NCBI GenBank assembly: GCA_963804165.1
Contig: CAWDPO010000035.1
Span: 160,001 to 224,000 of the forward strand
Reading direction: 5' to 3'
DNA: 64,000 nt
DNA from: an uncultured delta proteobacterium
GTDB taxonomy: Bacteria > Desulfobacterota > Binatia > UBA9968
The number at the start of each line of letters is the position of its first letter. Positions within the stretch are counted from its first letter, which is position 1. This document shows positions 50,718 to 62,060 of this stretch, piece after piece. A program made the position numbers and the translations under genes. The notes beneath the pieces were generated by a model. It was not told where the DNA came from and ran no database searches. It saw only the letters and a program-made list of their open reading frames with translations.

Positions 50718-51785
50718 CTACCGCGCCGGCAGCGGGCCTGCGCCGGATAACGTCTTTAGCAGTCCTAACGTCTCCGTATCGCGCGGAATATCGGCTACCA
50801 CCTTTCTCAATTCCGCCGGGCCCAGTGGCGAAGCCTCATCGGCAACCAATTTTTTGAAGTAGGGAGGAAACTCCGGGTCCTTGAAGATCTTGAGTATTGC
50901 GGTTTCCAGAGTTTTCACTCTTTCCATCGGCGTTCCCGGAGGCAGGACATAGGGCGAACCCACGCCACGGAAGGCGCGCCATATAGCAAGAAGCCTTTTC
51001 TCCCTTTCGTTTTTCGCGAAGCTTCCTATCTCCGGAAGGTGTCCAAGGCGCGGATGCTTATCTCCCAGGGGAGTTTCCATGATCGCGTGAAAATTCATCA
51101 GACCTTTGTTCAACCAGTCCGGATTACGTCGCAGCGCCGAAGTCGCGTTGTTCGCGCGAGCGTCGAGCTCGCCGGCCATCAGGGCCGTGTCTACCTCGGG
51201 CGCGCTGTAGCCGACGACGAACTTGGGATCTTTCATGTCCAGAAAGTAAGCAAACAATCGACCTGCGACGTAGGACACATGACCGACCGTTTGCCCGCCG
51301 ATGCGAATACCGGAGGCCGCCCGGAGCTTTTCCAAGCTGTCCAGCCCAACCTCCCGTCTCGAGTAAATGATCGCGTGATTCTCATGTTCCGGCGTGCCGA
51401 GATAGATGAATTTATCAGGGTCGTAAGAAACCCCTTTCTCGCCCATGATGGCGAGTCCGACGATGGCGCCACTGGCTGCCCCGATGGTAAGCCCGTCGGG
51501 CCTGACCGAGTTGAAGAGGTAATTGGCACCTTTACGGCCGCCTCCGCCGTCCATGTATTGAATGACGACGGTGGGGTTTCCCGGAATATGTTTTTTCAGG
51601 AATGGCATCATGGCCTTCACGCGCAGGTCGCCGGTTCCGCCTGGCGCCGTGGTAGCGACAAGCGTTATCGTTTTACCGCTGTAAAAATTCTCCTCAGCGT
51701 AAGAAATATTCGGCAGCAGACCGATCGCCGCCGCGTATAGCAACGCAGTTTGGATCCGGAATTTCAGTGTGCGTCTATTCACCAT
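50718..51785 (-). CDS. TTT substrate-binding protein (Bug/TctC family)
   Basis: PGGTGD, PDGLT and RIGGQTVGH motifs; RBS GGAGG before ATG 51785. Confidence 0.88.
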   Translation of the reverse strand: MVNRRTLKFRIQTALLYAAAIGLLPNISYAEENFYSGKTITLVATTAPGGTGDLRVKAMMPFLKKHIPGNPTVVIQYMDGGGGRKGANYLFNSVRPDGLTIGAASGAIVGLAIMGEKGVSYDPDKFIYLGTPEHENHAIIYSRREVGLDSLEKLRAASGIRIGGQTVGHVSYVAGRLFAYFLDMKDPKFVVGYSAPEVDTALMAGELDARANNATSALRRNPDWLNKGLMNFHAIMETPLGDKHPRLGHLPEIGSFAKNEREKRLLAIWRAFRGVGSPYVLPPGTPMERVKTLETAILKIFKDPEFPPYFKKLVADEASPLGPAELRKVVADIPRDTETLGLLKTLSGAGPLPAR

Positions 51786-51813
51786 TATGGGCCTCCTTTC
51801 ACGCGCCATCGAA

Positions 51814-51855
51814 CAGAACGCTTGGAACGCTTTGAACGGCTGCGACGACTTGAAC
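51814..51855 (-). repeat. GTTCAA-core array, 9-bp period
   Basis: Units at 51814, 51823, 51832, 51841 and 51850. Confidence 0.7.
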
Positions 51856-51862
51856 TGCGTTT

Positions 51863-52924
51863 TCATCGCGGCGGCAGCGGTCCCGGACCGGCCAGCTTGT
51901 TGAAAAGCGCAATCGTCTCCGTATCCCGAGGCAATTCCCGAATCGCTTTTTGATTTTCATCCGGGAAAAGCGGCGAAGGATCGTCACCGACAAGTTTTTT
52001 GTACTCATTGGGAAAACTCGGATCGTTGAAAGTCCTGGTGATCGCCTGTTTGAGTATCTCGATGCGCTCCACCGGTGTTCCGGGTGGGGCGAAAAAGGGC
52101 GACCCCGTAAGCCGTAAGGTGCGGAACAGCGTAAGCACTTTACGCTGCTTCTCCGAACGGGCAAAGGTTTCCAGATCGGGCAGATGACCATATTGCGGAT
52201 GCTTTAGCCCCTTGGGAACTTCCAACATCATGTGAAGGTCGATCTTGTGGTTCTTTACCCAATCAATGTTGCGCGTAAGATGATCGTCGGCGGTGCCGAT
52301 GGCGTCGATCTCCCCGGACATAAACGCTGCATCGCGCTCTGGAGTCGAGTACCCCGTGACGAAGTTGGGGTCTTTCAGCGGCGTCAACCAAGCGAAAACT
52401 CGTCCGATGTTGTAAATCGTATGCCCCACGGATTGCGCGCCGATGCGCACGCCCGAGGCGGACCTGAGTTTTTCCAGATTCGTCAAACCCGCCTCTCTGC
52501 GGGTCAAAAACACGTAATGAGTAGAACTATAGGGCGAGCCGAGAAAGATCATCTTATCGAGATCATAGTTAACGCCCTTTTCTCCGAGCACGGCGCTTGC
52601 CACCATACCGCCGCCAGTGTTTCCGAGGGTCAACCCGTCGGGTTTGGCCGACTCGAAAACAGAGTTCGCTGCTTTTCTCCCGCCGCCTCCCGGCATGTAT
52701 TCCTGAACGATGGTGGGATTTCCCGGAATGTATTTTTGCAGGAATGGCACTGCCGCCTTGACTCTTAGATCTCCCGAACCTCCGGGGTTTCGTCCCTGCA
52801 CGATTCTTATGGTCTTGCCTCGATAGAAGTCAGCTTGGCAATACGCATGGGTGGGTATGACGGCGCTTAGCGCGCCAAGCAAAAGGATTGCTTTCGTCCA
52901 CAATCTCATTTCACAGTTTTTCAT
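51863..52924 (-). CDS. TTT substrate-binding protein (Bug/TctC family)
   Basis: PGGSGD, YMPGGGG and RIGAQSVGH motifs. Confidence 0.88.
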   Translation of the reverse strand: MKNCEMRLWTKAILLLGALSAVIPTHAYCQADFYRGKTIRIVQGRNPGGSGDLRVKAAVPFLQKYIPGNPTIVQEYMPGGGGRKAANSVFESAKPDGLTLGNTGGGMVASAVLGEKGVNYDLDKMIFLGSPYSSTHYVFLTRREAGLTNLEKLRSASGVRIGAQSVGHTIYNIGRVFAWLTPLKDPNFVTGYSTPERDAAFMSGEIDAIGTADDHLTRNIDWVKNHKIDLHMMLEVPKGLKHPQYGHLPDLETFARSEKQRKVLTLFRTLRLTGSPFFAPPGTPVERIEILKQAITRTFNDPSFPNEYKKLVGDDPSPLFPDENQKAIRELPRDTETIALFNKLAGPGPLPPR

Positions 52925-52970
52925 AATTTCTCTCCGGCGATTTGGCGCATGACGGTATCCGCACGATCGC

Positions 52971-53013
52971 TCGAACCGATTTGAACGTTTTAAGCGACTG
53001 GAACGATTTGACC
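52971..53013 (-). repeat. GTTCAA-core array, about 9-bp period
   Basis: TCGAAC, TTGAAC, TTAAGC, TGGAAC and TTGACC at 52971, 52981, 52990, 52999 and 53008. Confidence 0.6.
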
Positions 53014-53020
53014 TGCGTCG

Positions 53021-54095
53021 CTATCGTGCGGGCAGCGGTCCCGCGGCGTTCAATTTTTTAAAAAGCGCTACGGTTTCGGTATCGCGCGGCAGCTCCTTTA
53101 GAGCTTTTTCCATTTCGTCCGGCATGAGGGGCGTCGCCTCATCGCCGGTGAATTTTTTGTATTCAGCGGGAAACTCCGGATCCTTAAACGTTTTGACCAT
53201 GGCGATTTTTAGAATTTCAACCTGCTCTTTCGGAGTTCCCGGCGGCAAGATGGACGGCGTACCGAATTGCCGGAAAACGCGCACCATGTGCAAAAGCTTC
53301 CGCTCTCGCTCCGACTTTGCGAAGCTCTCGATTTCAGGCAAGTTCGAAAAATGATGGTGTTTCAGGCCCTTCGGAACTTCCATGATGACATGCGGGACAA
53401 CCGCACCGGTCTTTAGCAGTTCCACGTTTCGCGTCAGCGTGGTGTCCGCGTTATTGATCCGGGCGTCAATTTCGCCGCTGCGCCAATGCGGCATCAAGCT
53501 CGGTTCCCGAATAACCAACCACGAAGCTGGGATCGTTAATCCCGATCAGGTACGCAAACATTCGACCGACGAAGTAAATGGAATGACCGACGGCTTGCGC
53601 GCCGATTCTCAGCTTGGAAGCCGAGCGGAGATCATCGATGGTTTTCACGCCCGTTTCCCGCCGGGTGAGAAACACCCAGTGATAGGTGCTGTGGGGCGAG
53701 CCCAGATAGATAAATTTATCGAGGTCGTACAAGACCCCCTTTTCGCCGAGAATGGCGTTAGCGACCAGCCCTCCGCCAATGCGTCCGATCGTCAGTCCGT
53801 CGGGCTTGACGTTCTTGAAGACATGATTGGCGGCCTTGGTCCCGCCCCCGCCAGGCATGTATTCGGACACGATCGTCGGATTTCCCGGAATATGCTTCTG
53901 CAAGAACGGCATCATCGAGCGGGTTAGCATGTCCGAAGATCCTCCGGGCGCCGTGCCCTGAATGATCGTTAAGGTTTTACCTTGATAGTATGGGGTCTGT
54001 GACCGAGCCAGCCGAGGGCAAAGAATACAAAGGACCAGCAGAGCAACCTGCAGAAACCCAAGTGAGAGTTTAGAGGGATTGATTTTCTTTGCCAT
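53021..54095 (-). CDS. TTT substrate-binding protein, frameshift near 53480
   Basis: ORFs 53466-54152 and 53021-53518 join at ELDAAL/RSGEIDAR. Confidence 0.85.
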
Positions 54096-54248
54096 CGCAG
54101 ATCTCCTTACAGAGCAAACTGACGCCACCGCGGTTGGAGCGGTTTTTCGCAAGAGATGGAGGGTGTATAACCCATAAAAATTATTTGATGTCGTTACTCT
54201 TTCGACAAGTGCGCCTCACGCTGATTTTGTTCCGTACTTAGTTCAACA

Positions 54249-55280
54249 CTATTTGAGAATTTCCTTCAGCTTGGCCACCAGCGTCGGCTCGAGATCGAAA
54301 ATCTCTTTGACGTTTCGCTCCAGTCCCGCGCCGTCATCGGGATTGAGATCCAACTTCGCCTTCTTGGCGTCAGCCAGGAACTCCGGGTCCTTCATGGTAT
54401 CCATGTAAGCCTTGCGCAGGATCTGGACTCGCTCTTTGGGGGTACCCGGCGGAAGAAAATAAGGACGGGTCGAAGGCCCATGGACCCGAACGACCGCTTG
54501 AAAAAGTTTTCGCGCTTCCTCAGTCTTCAGAAAATCAAATGCGACGGGAATATTCGGCAGCTCCGGATGCCCTTTGACGGTCGCCTGGAGAACCATCACG
54601 ACGTCTCCTGAGTCCACCTGCTTGCGCCAAGTTGACTTGAACGACTCCCAGGCATTACAAACCCCGTCCACTTCCCCGCTGTCAAAGGCCAGCCGAACCG
54701 GCCCCGTGCCCTTATAGCCGGTAACGACCTTGATGGGGAGACCTAATGTGGCTGCGAGGACTTTGGGAACATCATCAGTCGCACCCCCTGGGGCCACGCC
54801 GCCGAGCTTGACGGGTTTTTTTGAAGCCATCCAGTTCTCGAAGCTCGTAATCCCCGTCGCTTTAGACAACCCGATCAAAAAATGGTCCTGAGTCGGAACG
54901 CCGACGTACTCAAATTTGCGGCCGTCGAATTCGATCGCTGGACTATCGAGGAGCTGCTGCAAGAACAGACCGCCCAGAATATGGCCTATGGTGAGCCCGT
55001 CAGGCTTGGCCGCTTTGTACATATAATTCCCTGCAATCACGCTTCCGGCGCCGGTCATGTTGTCAACCACGATCGTCGGATTACCGGGAATGTGCTTTCC
55101 CATCTGGCGGGCGATCACCCGCGAATAAAGATCGTAGCCGCCGCCTGGTGCGAGCCCCACGATAAGGCGGATCGTTTTACCCTTATAAAAAGGTTCTTGG
55201 GCGCGGACCGAAACTGCCCATGTTGTAAAGCCAACCAGAGCGCCAATCGCTAGCAGCGGAATTATTCTTCCTGTACGCAT
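54249..55280 (-). CDS. TTT substrate-binding protein (Bug/TctC family)
   Basis: APGGGYD, NMTGAG, KPDGLT and GYKG motifs. Confidence 0.9.
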   Translation of the reverse strand: MRTGRIIPLLAIGALVGFTTWAVSVRAQEPFYKGKTIRLIVGLAPGGGYDLYSRVIARQMGKHIPGNPTIVVDNMTGAGSVIAGNYMYKAAKPDGLTIGHILGGLFLQQLLDSPAIEFDGRKFEYVGVPTQDHFLIGLSKATGITSFENWMASKKPVKLGGVAPGGATDDVPKVLAATLGLPIKVVTGYKGTGPVRLAFDSGEVDGVCNAWESFKSTWRKQVDSGDVVMVLQATVKGHPELPNIPVAFDFLKTEEARKLFQAVVRVHGPSTRPYFLPPGTPKERVQILRKAYMDTMKDPEFLADAKKAKLDLNPDDGAGLERNVKEIFDLEPTLVAKLKEILK

Positions 55281-55335
55281 ATTTCTTCTTTTCGCTTAAC
55301 GTGCCAACTAATAGGACCCGAAAGTTTTTGCGCGT

Positions 55336-56364
55336 TTACTTTCCCAGCAGCTTCTTCATCCGTTCGATGACCGCTGGTGGCTGGGACATAACCTCTTTGA
55401 TGAGGTCGTCCATTTCCTCGCCGCTGGTTGGATGTATCTCTAGTTTTCTATGTTTGGCGTCGGCCAAAAACGCGGGGTCTTTCATTGTTTTCATGTAGGC
55501 CTCGCGGAGAATTTTCACGTGCTCCGGCCGCATACCTGGAGGACCGTAGTGAGGTCGGAAAAATTCCTCGGAAGCCAGCATCACTCTCACTAATCGCCGT
55601 CCCGATTCCGGCGTGTTGTACTTTTCCATGACTTCATGGATCGTTGGCACATCGGGCAACTTTTCGTCCCTTGTTTTTCCACCTTGGACCAGTACCCGCA
55701 CGAACCCTTTCTTGCGCCATGTATGAAAAGGCTCGCGCGAGAAGTAAGCCTCTATGCTGAAAGCGCGGCACACCACCTCACCTCTCTCCACCGCCAGGTC
55801 GATAGAAGAGCCACCCTTGTAGCCGAGTACGACGTTGAACTTTGCCCCGATCGTTTCCTCCAGCAGTTTGGGTACGACGTAAGCGGAATTAGAGATGCCC
55901 GTGGAACCGCATTTGGGAGGCTCCTTCGCGTTACGAACATCGTCGATGGTCTTGAAGGGGCTGTCGGCCCGCATATAAAGCATCGAGGGTGACTTGCCCG
56001 CGTTGCCGATCCAGCTGAACTTTGCCCAGTCGTACTTTACCTCCGGCTGTCCAACTAGTTGATCAATGTAGAGGGTCGCGAGGGTTCCGGCTAGAGTCAA
56101 ACCGTCCGGCTTGGCAATGTTGTAGACATAATTGGCCGCGATCATGTGGCCTGCCCCCGGCATGTTCTGAACAATAACGTCGGGATTTCCTGGGATGTGC
56201 TTTACCATATGCTGACCGACGGCCCGCGCATAAAGATCAAACAGCTCCCCTGGCTGCGATCCTGTGATGAACGTGATGGTCTTGCCCTGATAGTAAGGAG
56301 CCTGGGCCTGGACGGCAGGGCTCCCGATTAGAAGAAGAGAGATAGCTAATATGATTATTTTCAT
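55336..56364 (-). CDS. TTT substrate-binding protein (Bug/TctC family)
   Basis: QNMPGAG, PPKCGSTG and AVERGEVVCR motifs. Confidence 0.9.
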   Translation of the reverse strand: MKIIILAISLLLIGSPAVQAQAPYYQGKTITFITGSQPGELFDLYARAVGQHMVKHIPGNPDVIVQNMPGAGHMIAANYVYNIAKPDGLTLAGTLATLYIDQLVGQPEVKYDWAKFSWIGNAGKSPSMLYMRADSPFKTIDDVRNAKEPPKCGSTGISNSAYVVPKLLEETIGAKFNVVLGYKGGSSIDLAVERGEVVCRAFSIEAYFSREPFHTWRKKGFVRVLVQGGKTRDEKLPDVPTIHEVMEKYNTPESGRRLVRVMLASEEFFRPHYGPPGMRPEHVKILREAYMKTMKDPAFLADAKHRKLEIHPTSGEEMDDLIKEVMSQPPAVIERMKKLLGK

Positions 56365-56414
56365 TTTGGCCTCCGTGGTAGCTGGAGAATCATGAACCCA
56401 CTTCTTCCGCTCAC

Positions 56415-56580
56415 TTCCATTTTATTTTCCACGACTTTTTTGACCCTCTCGATGACCTCTGGCGGCTGAACCATAATTTCAGCCGAGTTCTTGCAAAACT
56501 GTTCGCAAAAGGTCAGCTCGTTATGCTTCTCCGTATTCGGTAAGGCCCGGTGACTTCCTTCGCGAGTTTTTCAAGCTCAT
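56415..56580 (-). pseudogene. Relic 3' end of a TTT substrate-binding gene
   Basis: Minus strand encodes ELEKLAKEV (about 56551-56578) and EIMVQPPEVIERVKKV (about 56433-56480), matching neighbouring paralogue C-termini. Confidence 0.6.
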
Positions 56581-57050
56581 CGCTCGTGAGAAGGAATTGC
56601 GAGCACAGGACAGGAAGCGCTTCGAAGAACCTTTTCCGTCACACTGCCCAATAGCATTCGGGAAAGACCGCTCCGACCATGGGTGGACATCACAATGAGA
56701 TCAACTGCTTTATCTCTTGCCCAGTTGACGATCAGGGTGTGCGGGTCTCCTATCTCGACAATCGGCTGAACGTTTACATCCGCCTCTGCACTAGGCAACT
56801 GCTGCTCCGTAAACTTCTGCAGCAACAGCTTATGATGTTCCGCAAGCTTGCCTAATAAGTCATCTGCCTCGGCTCCGGAAGAAGTTATCTTCAAACTGGT
56901 TGCGTGAGACATAAACTCGCTGGTGCTCACCGCGTGGGCCACAATCACTTCAGCGCCCACGGCCTTGGCCAAATTACATGCATAGCGGACTCCGCTTGCT
57001 GAGAAGGAAGACAAATCAGTCGGCGCAAGAATCTTCTTTATCAAGTCCAT
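56577..57050 (-). CDS. Universal stress protein (UspA family)
   Basis: KKILAPTDLS and DLIVMSTHGRSGL...LGSVTEKVLR..CPVL motifs. Confidence 0.93.
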   Translation of the reverse strand: MDLIKKILAPTDLSSFSASGVRYACNLAKAVGAEVIVAHAVSTSEFMSHATSLKITSSGAEADDLLGKLAEHHKLLLQKFTEQQLPSAEADVNVQPIVEIGDPHTLIVNWARDKAVDLIVMSTHGRSGLSRMLLGSVTEKVLRSASCPVLAIPSHER

Positions 57051-57204
57051 ACATACCTCCTGTGTCTTAGAACCTAATCATAGCAGCGCCCTCTCGCGAA
57101 GGACGCGCTACACTATCGCCCTGCGGAAAGTCCTAAGAAATCTTTTTTGCATTTCATGCGGACCTCGCTTTTGGCTTCCGTGCGACACGTGATGACTCCA
57201 AATC

Positions 57205-58240
57205 TCACTTGCCCAGCAGTTTCTTCATCCTCGCGACGATGTCCGGCGGCTGGCTGATGACTTCCTTGGCGAGCCTATCGAGTTCCTCGGCCGTGCTCGG
57301 TTCTACGTCGAGTTTGCTTGCTTTGGCATCCGCTAACAGCGCTTCATCTTTAAGTGTCTTCACGAACGCTTCGCGGATAATTTTCACTTTATCGGCGGGT
57401 GTACCGGGTGGCAGGACATAGGGGCGGCCGAATTCGCCGCCGGCCAAAACTAGATCTGCCAGGCGCCGCCCCATGTCATCTGTCTTGTACTTGTCCATAA
57501 GCTCAGGGATGGTTGGCACGTCCTTGAGACGCTCGTCCCGTTTCTTTCCCGTTTGGATCAGGACTCTCACAAATTTTTTCTTGACCCAGGTAAAAAACGG
57601 CTCGCGGGCAAAAAACGCTTCAATGGTAAAAGCGCGGCAGATCACTTCGCCTCTTTCCACCGCCAGATCGATATCCGTGCCGGTTTTGTAACCTAAGACA
57701 ATTTCGAAATTCGTCCCGATGTTTTGATCCAGCAATTTGGGAATGTAGTAAGCGGTCGAGGACGTTCCGGTTGCGCCGCACTTGGGTGGAGGAGAGGCTC
57801 TCACGACGTCTTCAATCGACTTATAGGGGGAATCGGCGCGCATGTAGAGAAGCTGGTCTGATTTGGCCGGACTGCCGAGCCAGATGAACTTGCCCCAATC
57901 GAATTTTACCTCTGAGCGTCCAATGATCTGGTCGAAGTAGAGAGCCGGGAAAATCGCGCCGATGGTCAATCCGTCGGGCTTTGTCACGTTAGTAAGATGA
58001 TTTGCCGCGATCATCGATGCCGCGCCGGGCATGTTTTGGACAATGATGTCCGGGTTGCCCGGGATGTGCTTGCCCATATGGCGGGCGAACAGCCGGGCAA
58101 AGATATCGTAAACGTTGCCCGCCCCAGTGCCGGCGAGAATGGTTATGGTCTTTCCTTTGTAAAATGGTTCCTGGGCTTGCCCGTGGGAGACATACAAAGC
58201 CGTGAGAACTGCTACTGCAGAGAGTGATACGTTTGTTCAT
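57205..58240 (-). CDS. TTT substrate-binding protein, frameshift within the signal peptide near 58220
   Basis: RBS GGAGG before ATG 58240; mature part in ORF 57205-58197. Confidence 0.85.
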
Positions 58241-58333
58241 GATGAGCCTCCAAAGGTGATTGCTGGCTGGCTTCTGCGCCAATTTTTTAGAACTTTTTTC
58301 ACCGTTCACTCACGGACACACAAGCGTGAGCAA

Positions 58334-59363
58334 TTAGCGCGATCCAAAAATCTCCCGAAACAGCTTGACCGTCTCGGTGAAATTTTCATGCTTGTCCGGT
58401 CGTTCCACGAACCACTGATGGCCTTGGAACACAGGCTTCGACCGTGGTTCCATGTCTCTGCGAACCGGAATCTGCTGAACGCCGGCTAGACCGCTCTGGC
58501 CCTCTTTGGACAGAATAAAATCAACAAAAAGCCGCGCTGCATTGGGACTTCGAGACTGAGCGGACAACATGACGGCGTCGATCTGGGCGACAACGGGTCC
58601 GAGAAAGTGTCCAGTCGATCGGCGAGCCGTAGTTTTTTCTTGTATCCGTGAATCACCGGAGCGCGCGCGATCACCATTGAAACATTGCCGATGTGCAGGG
58701 AATCCACCGCCGTAATGCTCGCGCGAGCCATGACTGGTTGCTGATCGGCAAGTCGTTTTAGGTAGGCAACCGCTTTGTCTCGCCCCAAGTTGCTGTGAGC
58801 CCCCGCAATAATCCGTGAGCGGTGCTATCGATGGCGATTCGATTGCCTTTCCAGCGCGGATCAAGCAGGTCGTCATAGCTATTTGGGAATCTCTTCTTCT
58901 TTAACTGAGGTTGTGTTGTAACCGAGCACGTAGAGGGTTGATGTAGTAGCCGGACCAATAACCCTCGCTGTGCATTCAAAGCATCGCTGATGGCTTGCCC
59001 GCTGGGGCGAATGGTACGAGGCGATGCAAGTTTGCTTCCGATAAGGGCTGAAATAAGCCACCACCGCCCAGCAGGACATCCCAGGTAGACATGCCGGCTG
59101 CGAGCCTCGATTTGAACTTTTTTGACCAGCGTTTCGGCTTCGAGCGGGTGAAGCTCAAGGTCCAAGAACGGATATTTCTGAACGAAGTCGTGAACGACTT
59201 TGTATGTTCTGCGGCAAATCCATCGTGATGTAGAAAACCAATTTTCTGTTCTTTCTTCGCGCCTTCGACTCAACTGCGGTGTCCGAGCGCGGACCGAGGC
59301 CGCGCAAACACCGGCTGCCAGAGAGCTGGCGGCCACCAATAAGGCGAGAAGCAAACTTTTCGT
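58334..59363 (-). pseudogene. Fe3+-type extracellular solute-binding protein with multiple frameshifts and ACG at the expected start
   Basis: Fragments YDDLLDPRWKG, PNAARLFVDFILSKEGQ and IPVRRD lie in different frames; paralogue of 23898-24929. Confidence 0.75.
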
Positions 59364-59490
59364 AGGCTCGCTCCCTTTTACGTTACGACAGCAAAATGCC
59401 CGATTCTTGGATGTACGCGTTATATCGCTCGCTCGTCTGAACCTCTTCGAGTTGCCAATGGCTGATAAGCATCGATCGATGACCGCAGAG

Positions 59491-60521
59491 CTATTTTCCC
59501 ATGAGTTTTTTCACCCGTTCGATGACCTCCGGTGGTTGGGTCATCACTTCTTTTGCCAACTTTTCAAGCTCTTCTCCGGTGGAGGGTTCCGCCTCTAGAC
59601 CCCGTTTTTTGACGTCGGCCAAAAAGGCGGGATCAGCCATCAGTTTCATAAAGGCTTCACGTAAAATTTTGAGCCGTTCGGCGGGTATCCCGGGAGGCAA
59701 CAGGTAGGGACGGCCGAGTTCTCCGGAAGCGAGAACCACGTTAGCTAAGCGGCGCCCCGTCTCTTCGGTCTTAAACTCATCCATCAGCTCGTTGAGGGTC
59801 GGGACTTGCGGTAGCCGCTCATCCCGTTTTTTCCCGGTTTGAATCAACACATGAGCGAATCCTTTGGCTCTGCCAGGTCCGATAGGGCTCGCCGCTGAAC
59901 CAAGCCGCGTGGGTAAACGCGCGGCACTGAGCCTCGTTTTTCTCCACCGCCAGATCCATTTCCGGTCCGCCCGGATAACCTAAAATGATTTCAAATTTCG
60001 TTCCGATCGTTTCATTTAAAAGTTTTGGCATGTAGTGGCCGACGGTGCCGGTTCCCGTGGCGGTGCACTTGGGTGGCTGCGCGGCGCGCCGTACGTCATG
60101 GATCGTTTTAAACGGCGTATCGGAGCGCATATACATGAGATTATCTGAGCGGTCCACGCTGCCGATCCAATTGAATTTAGCGTAGTCGAACTGGACCTCT
60201 TTGCGTCCGGCGAGTTGATTGAAATAAATCGCCGGGATGATCGACGTGATCGTCAGACCGTCGGGCTTTGGCCACGTTGTAGAGATGGTTTGCCGCGATC
60301 AAAGAGCCGGCCCCCGGCATATTTTGCACGATGACGTCTGGATTTCCTGGAATGTGCTTGCCCCAATGTTGGGCTATGAGGCGCGCATGAGCATCATACT
60401 GGCTTCCCGCGGTGGTCCCTGCTACGAGCGTAATCGTTTTGCCCTGATAGAAAGGCGTCTGGGCGTAAAGGATGGAGTTCCACACCAGTAAAAACAAAAG
60501 GCCAAAGAGAATTTTTTTCAT
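59491..60521 (-). CDS. TTT substrate-binding protein, frameshifts near 60270 and 59860
   Basis: ORFs 60177-60539, 59819-60157 and 59491-59850 together form one Bug-family protein. Confidence 0.82.
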
Positions 60522-60606
60522 AGAACTCTCCATTGCCAACGCGTTGCACCTTCGGATCGAAATTTCTATGACATTTCGATCTCCGCGCGGATGTCAGGTC
60601 TCTCGC

Positions 60607-61463
60607 CTAATTCTGCAGAAATGTTTTCATGCGCTGGATCACTTCCAGCGGCTGAACAAGCTCTTTTACCAACCCCTCGAGTTCATCTCCGCTGATCGGA
60701 CTTGGCTCCAGCCCTTTCTTTAGGGCTTCCGCCAAAACATCGGGATCATTCAACATCCTCATAAACGCGGCGCGAAGAATTTTGATTCGGTCTGTGGGAA
60801 TTCCCGGGGGACCAAACAAGGGGCGCCCCAGATCGTCAGGAGCTAGAAGCACTTTAGCCAACCCCCTGGTCCGTCACTGATTTTGTGTTTATCCATGAGC
60901 TCTCGGATCGTCGGAGCATCAGGCAGTTGCGGATGGCGCTTTTGTCCGCCTTGTGTGAGCACGCGAACGAATCCTGTCTTGGCCCAGGTGCGGCCGGGCT
61001 CACTGCCAAAGAAGGCCTGAACGGTACCACCCCAGCAGTGCATTTCGCCTTTCTCAATGGCTAGATTGACATCGGCTGCGCCCGGGTAACCGGATACAAT
61101 ATTCAACTTAAACCCAAAGGTGTCAGCGAGAAGCTTGGGCCAATAATAACTCGCAGTGCCGACCCCTGTTGCGCCGCACTTGGGTGGCTCTGCCGCCTTG
61201 CGCATATCCTCGATCATCTTGTAAGCGCTGTCGGCGCGAATATAGAAGATTCGCTCCGTTCTCTCCGGCGAGCCGACATAAGAATACTTGGGCCAGTCAA
61301 ACTGCACCTCTTTTCGTCCCATAAGCTGTTCGATATAAAGCGCGGGAGTGACTAACCCGAAGGTCAAACCATCCGGCTTGGCGACGTTGTAAACGTAATT
61401 GGCCGCTGATCCATGACCGCCGCCTGTCCGATTTTCTGACGCAACGAGGATGAGCGTTCCCAT
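60607..61463 (-). pseudogene. N-terminally truncated TTT substrate-binding protein, frameshift near 60865
   Basis: Homology starts at ENRTGGGH..AANYVYNVAKPDG; signal peptide and first motifs are missing. Confidence 0.7.
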
Positions 61464-61545
61464 GCTTACACAATGATTCGTGTCAACGCTCTGAAGAATT
61501 TTAACCGCTAAGTAATCGGTCGGTGGCAGTCATAAAAGCGAAAAC

Positions 61546-62060
61546 CTATCCAGAGAGGTTTAACCACGTTAAAAGTGTGCCTTCAGGAAAAGGCAGGTGG
61601 AGAAAGTAATCGAACAAGCCGTAAAAAATGGCTCCGGCTATCAGACTCAATGGAATGCTAACCGACCATTTCTCACCGCCGGCAAGTCGAAAATAGAGAA
61701 AGCATGCAACCGGCACGGCGATTGGAAAGCCTAAGAGCCAAATGGCAAGAAAAAAACCTAAGATCCAAGCGACGATGGAGAAGGCGCGACGGCGCACAAC
61801 GGCCGGTTCGAGGGGAGATGAAGTTTCGCCGGGATTTGCTGCGTCGGTCTTGTGTCGCAGAACATTGAAAAGTTCCTGGCCAAAAGCCCACAGGGCCAAA
61901 GCCAGACAGGGAATGCCGAGAACCATCGGGAAAGAGAGCGGCGCGCTCTTCCATTGGGCGGATCTCGAAATAAATCTCGCGCAGCACATAGATAAACAGC
62001 CCGACAAAGAAAAGCGCAAAGAGCGGTCGATAAACCGGGCTGCTGATCAGCGTGATCTCA
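61546..62060 (-). CDS. tctB: Tripartite tricarboxylate transporter small permease TctB, frameshift near 61935
   Basis: AALFP..LGIP, WLLGF and YGLFDYFLHLPFPEG motifs; directly downstream of tctA. Confidence 0.75.

Noticed and set aside
49491-51740. Long antisense ORFs (49491-50342, 51039-51740 and similar ones elsewhere)
   Set aside because: They are shadow frames opposite well-supported genes in GC-rich DNA, with no motifs or RBS.
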